Below are positions 1 to 10,721 of a stretch of DNA of 64,000 nucleotides, in pieces. This DNA comes from an uncultured Clostridia bacterium (GTDB lineage Bacteria > Bacillota > Clostridia > TANB77 > CAG-508), in contig CATJWN010000070.1 in the NCBI GenBank assembly GCA_949745595.1, positions 120,542-184,541 on the forward strand, in the 5' to 3' direction. How positions within the stretch are numbered: position 1 is the stretch's first letter; every line of letters starts with the position of its first letter. The notes beneath the pieces were generated by a model that was not told the DNA's origin, did no database searches, and was given only the letters and a program-made list of their open reading frames with translations. A program made the position numbers and the translations under genes.

Positions 1-693
1 AGGCATTTCACTGCTTCCAGTATATTTTAAAGTAATAGCTGCATATTTTGGAACAACATTTAAAGCATTATTCTGACAGTCTATATCGAAAATTTCAAAA
101 TTATCTAATCCGAAATTATTAGTTAAGCTAAGAGATAAGATACCTTTTTCGGCATATATAGCAGGGAAGTTTGCATCAGGTGAAAAACCAATAGTAGGGA
201 TTTCTTCAGTTTCTTTATATCTTGCCATACATTTAGAATCTTTTTCTTCATTTAAGCCAACAATAAGTCTAACACGTTTATTTATTTTACAATTATCTGC
301 TACAGCTTTCATAGCGTAAAGGCTAGCGACAACTGGCCCTTTATCGTCAATGCAACCTCTTCCAAAAAGTTTTCCATCTCTTACTGTAGCCTCAAAAGGA
401 GAAGAAGTCCAACCGTCTTCCATTTTAGCAGGAACTATGTCTAAATGTCCGATAATTCCTACCATTTCAGTACCTTCTCCAAACTCAATATATCCGCAAT
501 AACCATCAATGTTTTTAGTTCTAAAGCCCATACTTTCAGCAATTTCTAAAGTTTTCTCTAAAACTTCTTTACATTCTTTTCCAAAAGGCATTTCTGGATT
601 TCCAGTTTCATTTGAAACGCTATTAAACTTTACAAGTTCACTTATTGTATTTATAATATTTTCTTCATTATTTTTAATAAATTCTTTAAACAT
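1..693 (-). CDS. M20 family metallopeptidase (ArgE/DapE-like), 5' part only; continues beyond window start
   Basis: Reverse-strand translation starts MFKEFIKNNEENIINTISELVKFNSVSNETGNPEMPFGKECKEVLEKTLEIAESMGFRTKNIDGYCGYIEFGEGTEMVGIIGHLDIVPA, typical of the M20 peptidase N-terminus. Not in the ORF track because it runs off the window. Confidence 0.6.
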   Translation of the reverse strand, partial: MFKEFIKNNEENIINTISELVKFNSVSNETGNPEMPFGKECKEVLEKTLEIAESMGFRTKNIDGYCGYIEFGEGTEMVGIIGHLDIVPAKMEDGWTSSPFEATVRDGKLFGRGCIDDKGPVVASLYAMKAVADNCKINKRVRLIVGLNEEKDSKCMARYKETEEIPTIGFSPDANFPAIYAEKGILSLSLTNNFGLDNFEIFDIDCQNNALNVVPKYAAITLKYTGSSEMP

Positions 694-819
694 AAAAACC
701 TCCTAAGCTAGAATATGTCTATATTAAATATTATATACTAAAAAATGTCAACTAATCATTTGAATTATATAATAAAATATGATATAAAGTAATTGTAAAT
801 TAAAAAAGGAGATAGAAAA

Positions 820-1206
820 ATGGAAGATTGTATTTTTTGTAAAATAGTAAAAGGAGAGATTCCAAGTTATACAATTTATGAAGATAATGATGTAAAAGTT
901 TTTATGGATATAAGCCCAATTTCTAAAGGACATTCATTAGTTATACCTAAAAAACATTATACAAATATAGTAGATATAGATAAAGAAACTTTAAGTAAAA
1001 TGGATGAAGTTATAAAAGAACTTTATCCAAGATTTAAGAAAATCGGAGCAGAAGGATTAACAAGGACGCAAAATAATGAGCTTGGTCAAGAAGTTAAGCA
1101 TTATCATATGCACTTAATACCAAGATACCCAAATGACAGGTTTGTACCAAGCGTAAACGAAGAGGCAAAAGCAGCTGTTCAAGAAACATATGAACTACTA
1201 AAATAA
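820..1206 (+). CDS. HIT family (histidine triad) protein
   Basis: 128 aa with the HxHxHxx motif (HYHMHLIP) near the C-terminus. RBS AAAAGGAGA upstream. Confidence 0.85.
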   Translation: MEDCIFCKIVKGEIPSYTIYEDNDVKVFMDISPISKGHSLVIPKKHYTNIVDIDKETLSKMDEVIKELYPRFKKIGAEGLTRTQNNELGQEVKHYHMHLIPRYPNDRFVPSVNEEAKAAVQETYELLK

Positions 1207-1217
1207 GGAGGTTTGTT

Positions 1218-2645
1218 ATGAACCAAAATTATGATGCAATTATTATAGGAATGGGGCCTAGTGGAATTTTTTGTGCTTATGAACTTATTAAATTAAAAAA
1301 GGCGCAAAATATTCTACTTATTGAGCAAGGAAAAAGAGTTGAGGAAAGAATTTGCCCAATTAGTAAAACTGGAAAATGTGTAAAATGTAAACCATACTGT
1401 AATATAACCAGTGGTTTTTCAGGAGCAGGAGCTTTTTCAGATGGCAAGCTTTCACTATATAATCCAAAAGACGATGATATTCATATAGGTGGTGAATTGC
1501 ATAAATATATTGGTGTAGAAGAGACTAAAAAGTTAATTGACTATACAGACCAAATCTATTTGGAATTTGGCGCAGATAAGCACTTAGAAGGTGTTAAGCA
1601 TCAAGAAGAGATTGAGAAAATCTATAATAAAGCTAAAAAAGAAGGCATTAATTTAATAAATATACCAATACGTCATTTAGGTACAGAAAAGGCGCACGAA
1701 TTATATAAAGGTATAGAGAAGTACTTAGAAGACAATGGGATGAATATGCTTTTTGAGACTGCTGTAGAAGATTTAATTATAGAAGAGAACAGGATAAAAG
1801 GTGTAAAAACTGTAAATAGTAAAACAGGTCAGAAGCAAGAATATTATTCAAATAATGTTGTATCAGCAGTTGGTAGAAAAGGCGCAAACTGGCTATCAAA
1901 TATGTGCGAAAAACATAATATAAGTACAAAATCTGGGACTATAGATATTGGTGTTCGTTATGAGTTAAGTGATAAGGTTATGGAAAAAGTAAATAAGTAT
2001 ATGTACGAAGGTAAGTTTATTGCAAGACCATTTCCTTTTAAAGATAAGGTAAGAACTTTCTGTCAAAATCCTAGTGGCTTTGTGTCTTCAGAAGTTTATG
2101 ATAATGATATGGCATTAGTTAATGGACATTCTTACAAAGATATTAAAAGCACAAATACGAATTTGGCAATACTTGTATCACATAATTTCACGTATCCTTT
2201 TAAAAAGCCAATTGAATATGGAAGAAATATTGCTAAAAACTTAAATGAATTGGGCGCTGGAAATGTTATAGTACAAAGACTTGGAGATATCTATAGAGGA
2301 AAAAGAACTTGGGAAGAAGACCTAGAGAAAAATTCCGTTGTACCAACTCTAAAATCAGCGGTACCGGGAGACATTACTTATGCAATAGGTTATAGAACAA
2401 TGACAGATATACTTCAATTTATAAGAGAACTTGATAAAGTAGTAGAAGGCTTTGCAGATCCTGACAATTTATTATATGCACCTGAAATAAAGTTTTATAG
2501 TAATAAGGTAGAAATAGACAATAATTTCGAAAGCAGTATAAAAGGTTTATACTCTATTGGTGATGGTGGAGGAATGACTAGAGGATTAATGATGGCATCT
2601 TGTGCTGGTGTTCAAATGGCAAGGATATTACAATGGAAATTTTAG
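1218..2645 (+). CDS. FAD-dependent oxidoreductase (COG2509-like)
   Basis: N-terminal dinucleotide-binding motif DAIIIGMGPSGIFCAYEL. 475 aa. Confidence 0.7.
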   Translation: MNQNYDAIIIGMGPSGIFCAYELIKLKKAQNILLIEQGKRVEERICPISKTGKCVKCKPYCNITSGFSGAGAFSDGKLSLYNPKDDDIHIGGELHKYIGVEETKKLIDYTDQIYLEFGADKHLEGVKHQEEIEKIYNKAKKEGINLINIPIRHLGTEKAHELYKGIEKYLEDNGMNMLFETAVEDLIIEENRIKGVKTVNSKTGQKQEYYSNNVVSAVGRKGANWLSNMCEKHNISTKSGTIDIGVRYELSDKVMEKVNKYMYEGKFIARPFPFKDKVRTFCQNPSGFVSSEVYDNDMALVNGHSYKDIKSTNTNLAILVSHNFTYPFKKPIEYGRNIAKNLNELGAGNVIVQRLGDIYRGKRTWEEDLEKNSVVPTLKSAVPGDITYAIGYRTMTDILQFIRELDKVVEGFADPDNLLYAPEIKFYSNKVEIDNNFESSIKGLYSIGDGGGMTRGLMMASCAGVQMARILQWKF

Positions 2646-3515
2646 AGCAGTGCAAATTATGTCCAAGAAATTGCAAAGTAAATAGAATGGTAGGAGAAAT
2701 TGGAAGATGTAGAGCAGGACGCTTACCTAAAATTGCACTAGCTAACCTACATTATTATGAAGAACCATGTATAAGTGGTAAAAATGGTTCAGGCACAGTA
2801 TTTTTTACAGGTTGCAATTTATCTTGTAAGTTTTGCCAAAACTATAAAATAAGTCAGGAATATTTAGGTAAGGAAATTACTGTAAATGAGCTTTCAGAAG
2901 AGTTTTTAAATTTACAAAAACATGGAGCACATAATATAAATCTAGTAACAGCTTTTGCGTTTGTACCAATGATCGTAGAATCATTAAAATTAGCAAAACA
3001 GCAAGGACTAAATATTCCAATAGTATATAATTCTAGTGGTTATGAAACTATAGAAACTTTAAAAATGCTAGAGGGTTACATAGATGTGTATTTACCAGAT
3101 TTTAAATATGCTTATAATGATTTAGGAAAACAGTTATCTAATGTGGATAATTATTTTGAAATTGCACAAACTGCTATTAAAGAAATGAAAAGACAAGTTC
3201 GGAAGTCCCATTTTTGATGAAAATGGAATGATACAAAAAGGGTTAATAGTAAGACATTTAGTGCTTCCAAACCATTTACAAAATAGTAAAAAAGTTTTAA
3301 AATGGATTAGAGATAACTTAGGAAGTAATACTTTTGTAAGTCTTATGGCGCAGTATTTTCCAAGCTATAAAGCTTTAGATACAGAAGATATAAATAGAAA
3401 ATTGAATGAAGTAGAATATCAAGAAATAGAAAATTATTTTTATAGCTTGAGCTTAAAAAATGGGTATATGCAAGAGATAGAAGAAGATGAAGAAAGATAT
3501 GTGCCAAATTTTTGA
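2633..3515 (+). CDS. radical SAM protein (PflX-like activating enzyme family). Requires +1 recoding at in-frame CGG 3200-3202.
   Basis: CxxxCxxC cluster (CNLSCKFCQN). The frame ends QV-CGG and the downstream ORF 3228-3515 is in the +1 frame. Skipping C3200 gives ...RQVGSPIFDENGMIQKGLIVRHLVLP. Confidence 0.7.
3200..3202 (+). other. in-frame CGG +1 recoding site (gtt CGG AAG; C skipped, then Gly GGA)
   Basis: Frame junction between ORFs 2600-3217 and 3228-3515. Confidence 0.75.
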
Positions 3516-3782
3516 TATTGCCAAAAATAAAAGTTTATGGTATCATAAATTTAACATATGAATAAACATTGTTCCCTGCGTAGTACGTATAGGCAGAATT
3601 TTTAGAACCTACAAGTTTTGGAAAGGGAGCCAGAACTCTCGATATGGCGTGTATGCTTGCATTTATGTAAGAAACCCAGGAGTATTGAGGACGGCACCCA
3701 CCTGTGTGAGTACAGGTCCATAAAAATTCGCATTTTTTATATCGGCTAAGGCGGGGGACTTTTTTTGTTAGAAAGGTTTGTT

Positions 3783-4446
3783 ATGAAAATATTAGCAATT
3801 GACACTTCTAGTAGTGTGTGTAGCACAGCTTTGCTAGAAGATAATAATTTAATAGATGAAAATAATTTGGATAATGGAAAAACACATTCTGAAAATTTAA
3901 TGCCACTTATAAAAGAGTTGCTAGATAGAAATAATATTAATTTAAGTGAGATTGAATTAATTGCAATTTCTTGTGGACCACGGTTCTTTTACTGGTATTA
4001 GAATTGGAATTGCAAGCATAAAGGCTATTGCAGAAGTTCATAGTATTCCTATTGCAGAAGTTACATCATTAGAAACTTTATCCAGAAATGACGGAAGTGA
4101 TAAAAATAAAATTGTTTTAATAGATGCTAGAAATGATCAAGTATATGCTGGTATATTTGATAAGGGTTATAATTTATTAGAAGAATATATGGCAGATGAT
4201 ATAAATGAAGTGGTTAAGAAACTTTCAAAATACACTAATGCAATTTGCATTGGAGATGGAGGAGTTTTACATAGAGAATTATTATCAAAAATAGAAGGAA
4301 TTACTTTTTCTGATAATAACACGCAAAGCGCTTTTAGAGTAGGGCAGATGGGATATAAAAAATATTTAAGTAATGATTTGAGAAATGCTGACACAGTTAT
4401 CCCAATATATTTAAGAAAATCTCAAGCAGAAAGAATGAAGAAATAA
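3783..4446 (+). CDS. tsaB: tRNA threonylcarbamoyladenosine biosynthesis protein TsaB. Requires +1 recoding at CGG 3981-3983.
   Basis: MKILAIDTSS start. The canonical GPGSFTGIRIG motif is split: ...ISCGP-CGG then GSFTGIRIG in the +1 frame. Skipping C3981 restores GPGSFTG. Confidence 0.85.
3981..3983 (+). other. in-frame CGG +1 recoding site (cca CGG TTC; Gly GGT)
   Basis: Restores the invariant Gly of the TsaB GPGSFTG motif. Confidence 0.85.
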
Positions 4447-4447
4447 T

Positions 4448-4879
4448 ATGGAAATTTTAGAAATGACTTTAGTGGATTTCGAAGAAATTAAAGATATTTT
4501 AGTCCTTGAATTTGACGAGTTTTGGAAACCTAGTATACTAGAAAGCGAGTTAAAGAGTGAAAATTCAAAATACATAGTTGCAAAAGAAAATAATGTGATT
4601 GTTGGCTTTGCAGGACTTTGGTTTTCGCCAGTAGATGCAGAGATAACAAATATAGTAACTAAAAAAAGTGAAAGAAAAAGAGGTATAGCAAGTTTACTTT
4701 TAGACAGACTAATAAGGATGGCAAAAGAAGAGAATAGAGATAATATTAGTTTAGAAGTAAATGAGAATAATATTGCAGCTGTTTGTTTATATGAAAAAGC
4801 AGGCTTTGAAGTAGTAGGAATTAGAAAGAAATATTATAATGGAAAAGATAATGCAATAATTATGACAAAATATCTATAA
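4448..4879 (+). CDS. rimI: ribosomal-protein-alanine N-acetyltransferase (GNAT)
   Basis: 143 aa GNAT fold. Operon partner of tsaB. Confidence 0.8.
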   Translation: MEILEMTLVDFEEIKDILVLEFDEFWKPSILESELKSENSKYIVAKENNVIVGFAGLWFSPVDAEITNIVTKKSERKRGIASLLLDRLIRMAKEENRDNISLEVNENNIAAVCLYEKAGFEVVGIRKKYYNGKDNAIIMTKYL

Positions 4880-4956
4880 AAAATGTCTAACCTTGTTGCA
4901 TTTTTTTTCCGTTTGATATAAAATTTAAACAAGTGGATAAAATCGGAGGAGTACAA

Positions 4957-7356
4957 ATGAGAAGAAGTAATGAATTATTACCAAGAGATTTAAAAGATAT
5001 ATGTAATCCAACTTTATTTAAGTTTGAAACAACAAAGGAATTAGTTGATACTACTGATTTAATTTATGGACAAGAAAGAGGAATAAGAGCTTTAGAGTTT
5101 GGATTAGATATTGATATAAAAGGCTATAATTTATATCTTGAAGGTCCGTCTGGCGTAGGAAAAACAATGTATACTAAGAAGTTCTTGAACGCTAGAGCTG
5201 CCAAAGATAAAGTTCCAAATGACTGGTGCTATATTTATAATTTTGAAGAGCCAAATTCACCAGTAGCAATTAGTTTTCCTGCAGGACAAGGTAAAGTTTT
5301 CCAAGAGACTATGGAAAACTTTGTTAAAGATATAAGAAAAGATATTAAGAAAACTTTTAATAATGATGATTTTGAAAAAGAGAAAAAATTAATAAAACAG
5401 CAATATGATTCTAAAAGAGATATGCTTTTAGAAAAACTAAATAAGAGAACTTTAGTACAAGGTTTTCAAGTAAATCCAACAGAAAATGGTGTATATATGA
5501 TGCCAGTTTTAGATGGAAAAACTCTTGCAGAGGACGAGTTTGAAAACTTAGACGAAAAGGTAAAAAAAGAATTCGAAGAACGTTCAGCATTAGTTCAAGA
5601 GCAAATTTTTGAAGCTTTATCAGATATGAAAGCTATTGAAAAAGAAGCTGAGAAAAAAATAGAAGAGTGGCAAGCAAACATTGCCCTTATGACAATAAAT
5701 ATCCATATAAATTCAGTTAAAGCAAACTATAAGAGAAATAAAAAAATTAGCACATATTTAGACGGAATAAAAAAAGATATATTAAAAAATATTAATAAAT
5801 TTTTAGAGCCTGAACCAGATCCAAAATCACAACAACAACCGCAATCAATGCAAAAGCCTGAGATTAGAGAACCATGGCTAAATTACAGGGTAAATTTGTT
5901 TGTCGATAATAGTAAATTAGAGGGTGCACCTGTTATAATGGATACAAACTATTCATATAACAATATATTTGGTGGCTTAGAATATGAAAATCAGTATGGA
6001 ATGTTAAAAACAGATTTTACAATGATAAAACCTGGACTATTGCATTTAGCAAATGGTGGATACATTATGTTCCAAGCAAAAGATTTATTACAAAATCCAA
6101 TGTGCTATGAAGCTTTAAAGAAGTTTCTACGTATAAAAGAAATTGCTATTGAAAATGTTGTTGACCAAAGAACTTCTATGATGATGGTATCATTAAAGCC
6201 AGAACCAATACCACTAGATTTAAAAGTTTTGATAGTTGGAAATTCTAATATATATCACACACTTTTATCAATGGATGATGATTTTAGAAAATTATTTAAA
6301 ATAAAAGTTGAATTTGAAGAAGAAGCACCAAAAACAAATGACAATATTGAAAGATTAAGTAATTTTGTTAGAAGTTTTTGTGTACAAGAAGAATTATTAG
6401 ATTTAGATAAAGAAGCAATGGCAAAAGTAATTGAGTTTGCTTCAAAGTTATCAGGTGATAAAGAAAAATTATCTACACAATTTAGTGAAATTGGAGAGAT
6501 AGTCGGAGAAGCTTCGGCTTGGGCAAAGCTTGATAAAGCTAAAATAATTACAAAAGAATATGTACAAAAAGCTTTTGATGAACGTGTTGATAGAATTAAA
6601 AAATATGATACAAAGTATTTACAAATGATTAAAGAAGAAGCACTTTTGATTGAAACAGATGGATTTAAAGTCGGACAAATAAATGGTCTTACGGTAATAA
6701 CTATTGGTGATTATTCTTTCGGAAAGCCTGCAAAAATTACAGCTAATACTTATATGGGTAAAGAAGGAATTGTCAATATTGAAAGAGAAGTTGAGATGTC
6801 AGGATCTTCACATTCAAAAGGTGTGCTTATATTAACAGGTTATTTAGGAGGACAATTTGCACAGGAAATGCCTTTATCACTTACAGCTAGTGTATGTTTT
6901 GAACAGCTATATGGCGGAGTTGATGGAGATAGTGCTTCAAGTACAGAATTATATGCAATACTTTCAAGTTTATCAGGAATACCTATAAACCAATCAATTG
7001 CAGTGACAGGTTCAGTAAACCAAAAAGGTGAGATACAGCCAATTGGTGGCGTTAATGAAAAGATAGAGGGATTTTATCAAATTTGCAAAATGAGAGGTTT
7101 TAACGGAATGCAAGGTGTTATTATTCCAGCACAAAACGTTAGAAACTTACATTTATCAGATGAGATTATAGATTCAGTAAGAAAAAGCAAATTCCATATA
7201 TATGCAGTACGTACAATTGACGAAGGTATTGAAATTTTAACTGGCGTACCAGCAGGTGCAAAAGATAAAAATGGAAAATTCCCATTAGGTACAATTAATT
7301 TCTTAGTGTCTGAAAAATTGAAGAAGTTTTCAAAGCAAGCAAGTAAAGAAAATTAG
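4957..7356 (+). CDS. Lon-like ATP-dependent protease (AAA+ domain plus S16 Lon proteolytic domain)
   Basis: Walker A GPSGVGKT. C-terminal Lon catalytic region GDSASSTELYAILSSLSGIPINQSIAVTGSVNQKGEIQPIGGVNEKIEGF. ATG at 4957 follows RBS GGAGGA (the ORF track starts at GTG 4933). Confidence 0.8.
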   Translation: MRRSNELLPRDLKDICNPTLFKFETTKELVDTTDLIYGQERGIRALEFGLDIDIKGYNLYLEGPSGVGKTMYTKKFLNARAAKDKVPNDWCYIYNFEEPNSPVAISFPAGQGKVFQETMENFVKDIRKDIKKTFNNDDFEKEKKLIKQQYDSKRDMLLEKLNKRTLVQGFQVNPTENGVYMMPVLDGKTLAEDEFENLDEKVKKEFEERSALVQEQIFEALSDMKAIEKEAEKKIEEWQANIALMTINIHINSVKANYKRNKKISTYLDGIKKDILKNINKFLEPEPDPKSQQQPQSMQKPEIREPWLNYRVNLFVDNSKLEGAPVIMDTNYSYNNIFGGLEYENQYGMLKTDFTMIKPGLLHLANGGYIMFQAKDLLQNPMCYEALKKFLRIKEIAIENVVDQRTSMMMVSLKPEPIPLDLKVLIVGNSNIYHTLLSMDDDFRKLFKIKVEFEEEAPKTNDNIERLSNFVRSFCVQEELLDLDKEAMAKVIEFASKLSGDKEKLSTQFSEIGEIVGEASAWAKLDKAKIITKEYVQKAFDERVDRIKKYDTKYLQMIKEEALLIETDGFKVGQINGLTVITIGDYSFGKPAKITANTYMGKEGIVNIEREVEMSGSSHSKGVLILTGYLGGQFAQEMPLSLTASVCFEQLYGGVDGDSASSTELYAILSSLSGIPINQSIAVTGSVNQKGEIQPIGGVNEKIEGFYQICKMRGFNGMQGVIIPAQNVRNLHLSDEIIDSVRKSKFHIYAVRTIDEGIEILTGVPAGAKDKNGKFPLGTINFLVSEKLKKFSKQASKEN

Positions 7357-7423
7357 TAAATAAAATGAAACAATTTTTATAAAAAAGTATATGCAAAATA
7401 AGATGATATATTATATTAAAAAA

Positions 7424-7451
7424 TGATACTTGAAAAAGTATCATTTTTTTT
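7424..7451 (+). terminator. rho-independent terminator after the Lon-like protease
   Basis: TGATACT-tgaaaa-AGTATCA hairpin followed by an 8-T run. Confidence 0.6.
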
Positions 7452-7520
7452 GCATTTTTGTTCTAAAAATAAAATTACCTGCATATATAAATAATATACC
7501 AAAGAAAAAGGAGAGTAATA

Positions 7521-8457
7521 ATGGAGGAAGTTTTAAGTTATTTTCCTGAAAGTATAAGGGAAAATATTAAAGAGAACGCTAAAGACAAGCTAGATAAAAT
7601 CGAAGAAATAAGGCTTAGATTAGAAAGACCAATTATTTTAAAATTTGATGTAGGAGAAAAAGTTATTAAGGCTTCTGTGTCTACAGAAGAAATAATTTCA
7701 TGTTTGCAAGCTATATGTGAAAATTCGATATATACTTACCAAAATCAAATTGCAAATGGTTTTGTGACTATTAAAGGTGGACATAGAGTAGGAATTAGTG
7801 GTTCTGGCGTAATGGAAGATGGAAAGATTATTAATATCAACCATATATATAGTTTAAATTTTAGAATAGCAAGACAAGTCATTGGAAGCGGAAATAAAGT
7901 TTTAAAATTTATTTTAGATTTGCAGTCTAATAATATCTATAATACTTTAATTGTTTCTATACCAGGTGCACGGAAAAACAACAATGATAAGAGATATTGT
8001 AAGACAGATTTCAAGTGGAATAAAAGAAATAAAGTTTTTAGCGATAAACGTAGGTGTTGTAGACGAAAGAGGAGAAATAGCAAGCCTTTTTAGAGGAGTT
8101 CCTCAAAACGATTTGGGAATTAAAACAGATATTATAGATAATGTACCCAAAAGTTTAGGCATGAAAATGTTAGTACGTTCTATGTCACCTAAAGTAATTG
8201 TTGCTGACGAAATAGGAAGCGCAGAAGATATTGAAGCTATAAAATATGCAATATGCTCTGGTTGTAAAGGACTTTTTACTGCACATGGTGCAAATTTTGA
8301 AGATATTTCTTTAAATCCAATCATAAAAAATTTAATTGCCACTAATATAATAGAAAGAATTATTTTCTTAGACGAAAACAATAAAGGAAAATTAAAAGAT
8401 GTATTTTGTTTAAATAAAAAAAGTGGAGAATATGAAAGAAGTGCAGAAAAATTATGA
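7521..8457 (+). CDS. spoIIIAA: stage III sporulation protein AA (ATPase). Requires +1 recoding at CGG 7971-7973.
   Basis: Walker A is split: SIPGA-CGG then GKTTMIRDIV in the +1 frame. Skipping C7971 gives PGAGKTT (B. subtilis PQCGKTT). Confidence 0.85.
7971..7973 (+). other. in-frame CGG +1 recoding site (gca CGG AAA; Gly GGA of the P-loop GKT)
   Basis: Junction of ORFs 7521-8093 and 7951-8457. Confidence 0.85.
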
Positions 8458-8957
8458 TTTTGAAATTTATTATATCAATTTTAATTATATATATATGTAC
8501 ATATATAGGCATTTATAAAGCTAAAACTTATGAACAAAGAGAAAAAGAACTTAAGAAAATTAAAAATTCTTTAGCATTTTTCAAAAGTAAAATAGAGTTT
8601 ACATACGAACCGATCGAAGAAGTTTTTAATGGAATTTCAAAATCTATATATATACATAAAGATAATATTTTTAAAAATACAATAAATAAATTAAATGAAA
8701 CCGACCTAAATACTTCTTGGAATACGGCAGTAGAAGAAGCAATATATTTTAATAAGGAAGATAAAGAAGTTTTAAAGATGTTTGGTAAATTACTTGGAAA
8801 AACTGATAAAAAAGGGCAAATAGGCGAAATAGAAATTACGATGGAATTTATAGAAAAGCAAATTGATAAAGCAGAGTTAGAAAAAAATAAAAATTCAAAA
8901 TTATATAAATCACTTGGGATACTTTGCGGACTTGGAATTGTTATTATATTTATTTAA
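8454..8957 (+). CDS. spoIIIAB: stage III sporulation protein AB
   Basis: Second position in the spoIIIA operon; N-terminal TM segment; 167 aa. Confidence 0.7.
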   Translation: MILKFIISILIIYICTYIGIYKAKTYEQREKELKKIKNSLAFFKSKIEFTYEPIEEVFNGISKSIYIHKDNIFKNTINKLNETDLNTSWNTAVEEAIYFNKEDKEVLKMFGKLLGKTDKKGQIGEIEITMEFIEKQIDKAELEKNKNSKLYKSLGILCGLGIVIIFI

Positions 8958-8968
8958 AGGGGGAAGTT

Positions 8969-9164
8969 ATGGACATTAATATATTATTAAAAATTGCTGG
9001 TATTGGAATTTTGATTGCTGTAGTCCATCAAATTCTTTCTAAAGCAGGAAGAGAAGATCAGGCAATGATGACGAGCTTAGCTCGGAATGATTATAGTTCT
9101 TACGATGGTAGTAACTGAAATAAGCAATCTTTTTGAAACTGTTAGGACGGTGTTTAATTTATAA
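8969..9164 (+). CDS. spoIIIAC: stage III sporulation protein AC. Requires +1 recoding at CGG 9083-9085.
   Basis: MDINILLKIAGIGILIAVVHQIL... The conserved C-terminus (LAGMIIVLTMVVTEISNLFETVRTVFNL) is only obtained after skipping C9083. Confidence 0.8.
9083..9085 (+). other. in-frame CGG +1 recoding site (gct CGG AAT; Gly GGA)
   Basis: Zero frame gives the non-conserved tail ARNDYSSYDGSN. The +1 frame gives the SpoIIIAC consensus. Confidence 0.8.
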
Positions 9165-9553
9165 TGGAAATTGTAAAAGTAGTAGGTATTGGTTTCCTAA
9201 CATTAATTATATCAATAGTTCTGAAAGAATATAAAAAAGAATATGCAATATATGCAAGTATAATTGGTGGAATAATTTTGCTTACAATGTCTTTTGAAAC
9301 TATAAATGAGATTGTAGGATTTCTTAGTAGAATTTCAGAGAAGACAAGTTATAACAATTCGAGCTTTATAAGTTTACTATTAAAAATTACAGGTATTGCT
9401 GTTTTAGTAGAATATGGGACAAGTATATGTAAAGATAGCGGAGAAACTGCGATTGCAAGTAAAATAGATTTTGCAGGAAAAATAATTATTATTTCTATGT
9501 CAATACCAGTAATAAGTTTAGCACTTGATACTTTGCTTAAATTACTTCCATAA
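9164..9553 (+). CDS. spoIIIAD: stage III sporulation protein AD
   Basis: 129 aa polytopic membrane protein. TAATG overlap with spoIIIAC. Confidence 0.8.
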   Translation: MEIVKVVGIGFLTLIISIVLKEYKKEYAIYASIIGGIILLTMSFETINEIVGFLSRISEKTSYNNSSFISLLLKITGIAVLVEYGTSICKDSGETAIASKIDFAGKIIIISMSIPVISLALDTLLKLLP

Positions 9554-9576
9554 ATTTTTGTTACAAAGGAAAGAAA

Positions 9577-10717
9577 ATGCTTAAAAAAGTTTGTGTTGTT
9601 TTTCTTATTTTAATATTGTTATGTAGTTTTTGCTATGCTACAGAAGAGATCTTTGAAGAAACGAAAAAAGCTTTTGGAATAAAGGAATTTACTGATGAAG
9701 CTAAAACTTATACTGAAGAAGCCTTTCCAGAAATAGATATTGGAGAGTTAGTTACTTCTGGTTTAAAAGGTGATATAGATTTAAGTTTTTTCCAAAAAGT
9801 GATATCAGCGGCTGTAGGAAATGAAATGATAATTGCAATTAGACTTATGGTTACAGTATTAGTAGTAATTGTAATAAATAGTATATGTAAAGCTATTTTG
9901 GAAAACCTAGGAAATGAAGAGACTACAAAAATAGTATATATACTTCAATATTTAATGGTGGTAATATTAGTTTCCACAAGTCTAGTTAGTATACTTAAAA
10001 TAACTGATGAAGCAATAAATAAATTAGTTAATTTCATGAATTTATTAATACCATTATTTACTACTTTGGTTTTATCCACTGGTTCTATTGCAACTACCAA
10101 TATGGCTCAGCCAATTTTATTATTCATAATAAATTTTATTGGTAATTTTTCAAATAATTTTCTAATACCACTACTATTAATATCTTGTGTACTAAGCATT
10201 GCATCTAATATTTCAGAAAGAGTGCAAATAGCTGGAATAGCAAAATTTTTAAGAAGCTCAATTGTTTGGTGTTTAGGAATTATTTTAACGATATTTACAT
10301 CTGTAATTTCTTTGGAAGGAACATTAAGTGCATCAGTAGATGGACTAACTGCAAAAACTACAAAAGCTGCAGTAACGAATTTTATACCAGTAGTTCGGAA
10401 AGATTTTGGGAGACGCAACAGAAACTGTTTTAGGTTGTGCAAACATACTAAAAAATACAGTTGGTTTTGTGGGTGTAATAATAATAATTGGAATTGTACT
10501 TTTACCTATAATAAAAATTGCAATTTTTACAGTTTGTTTTAAACTTACATCAAGTGTTGGAAGTGTAGTTGCAGATACTAGAATAGTAAAGCTTATTTCT
10601 GAAATAGCAGATACTTATAAAATTTTACTAGCAATACTTTTTGCAGTATCAGTTATGTTTATTATTGGTATAACTTTAGTACTGAAAATTAGTAATAGTT
10701 CAATAATGTATAGGTAG
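9577..10717 (+). CDS. spoIIIAE: stage III sporulation protein AE. Requires +1 recoding at CGG 10396-10398.
   Basis: Signal peptide plus multiple TM segments. ...AAVTNFIPVV-CGG then GKILGDATETVLGCANILKNTVGFVGV continues in the +1 frame. Confidence 0.8.
10396..10398 (+). other. in-frame CGG +1 recoding site (gtt CGG AAA; Gly GGA)
   Basis: Junction of ORFs 9577-10542 and 10406-10717. Confidence 0.8.
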
Positions 10718-10721
10718 GTTT

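Noticed and set aside
509-706. Plus-strand ORF 509-706 and many other short ORFs in the six-frame track (748-933 -, 4167-4394 -, 8103-8381 -, 10107-10442 -, 14936-15139 -, 15913-16472 -, 28090-28620 -, 35492-36085 -, 39893-40186 -, 59472-59984 -, etc.)
   Set aside because: Each lies antisense to or overlapping a strongly supported CDS, has low-complexity or hydrophobic composition typical of AT-rich shadow ORFs, and lacks an RBS. Treated as spurious.
4933-4956. GTG 4933 as the Lon-like protease start, and 3765 / 58188 alternative upstream starts for tsaB and the DHFR-like gene
   Set aside because: The downstream ATG codons (4957, 3783, 58218) have properly spaced GGAGG-type RBSs and match typical N-termini. 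The track's upstream starts are extensions through non-start codons.
7357-7520. Sigma-E or sigma-G type promoter upstream of spoIIIAA
   Set aside because: The region is AT-rich with a CATATATA-like element. I could not match both the -35 and -10 consensus confidently by eye, so it is not reported as a feature.
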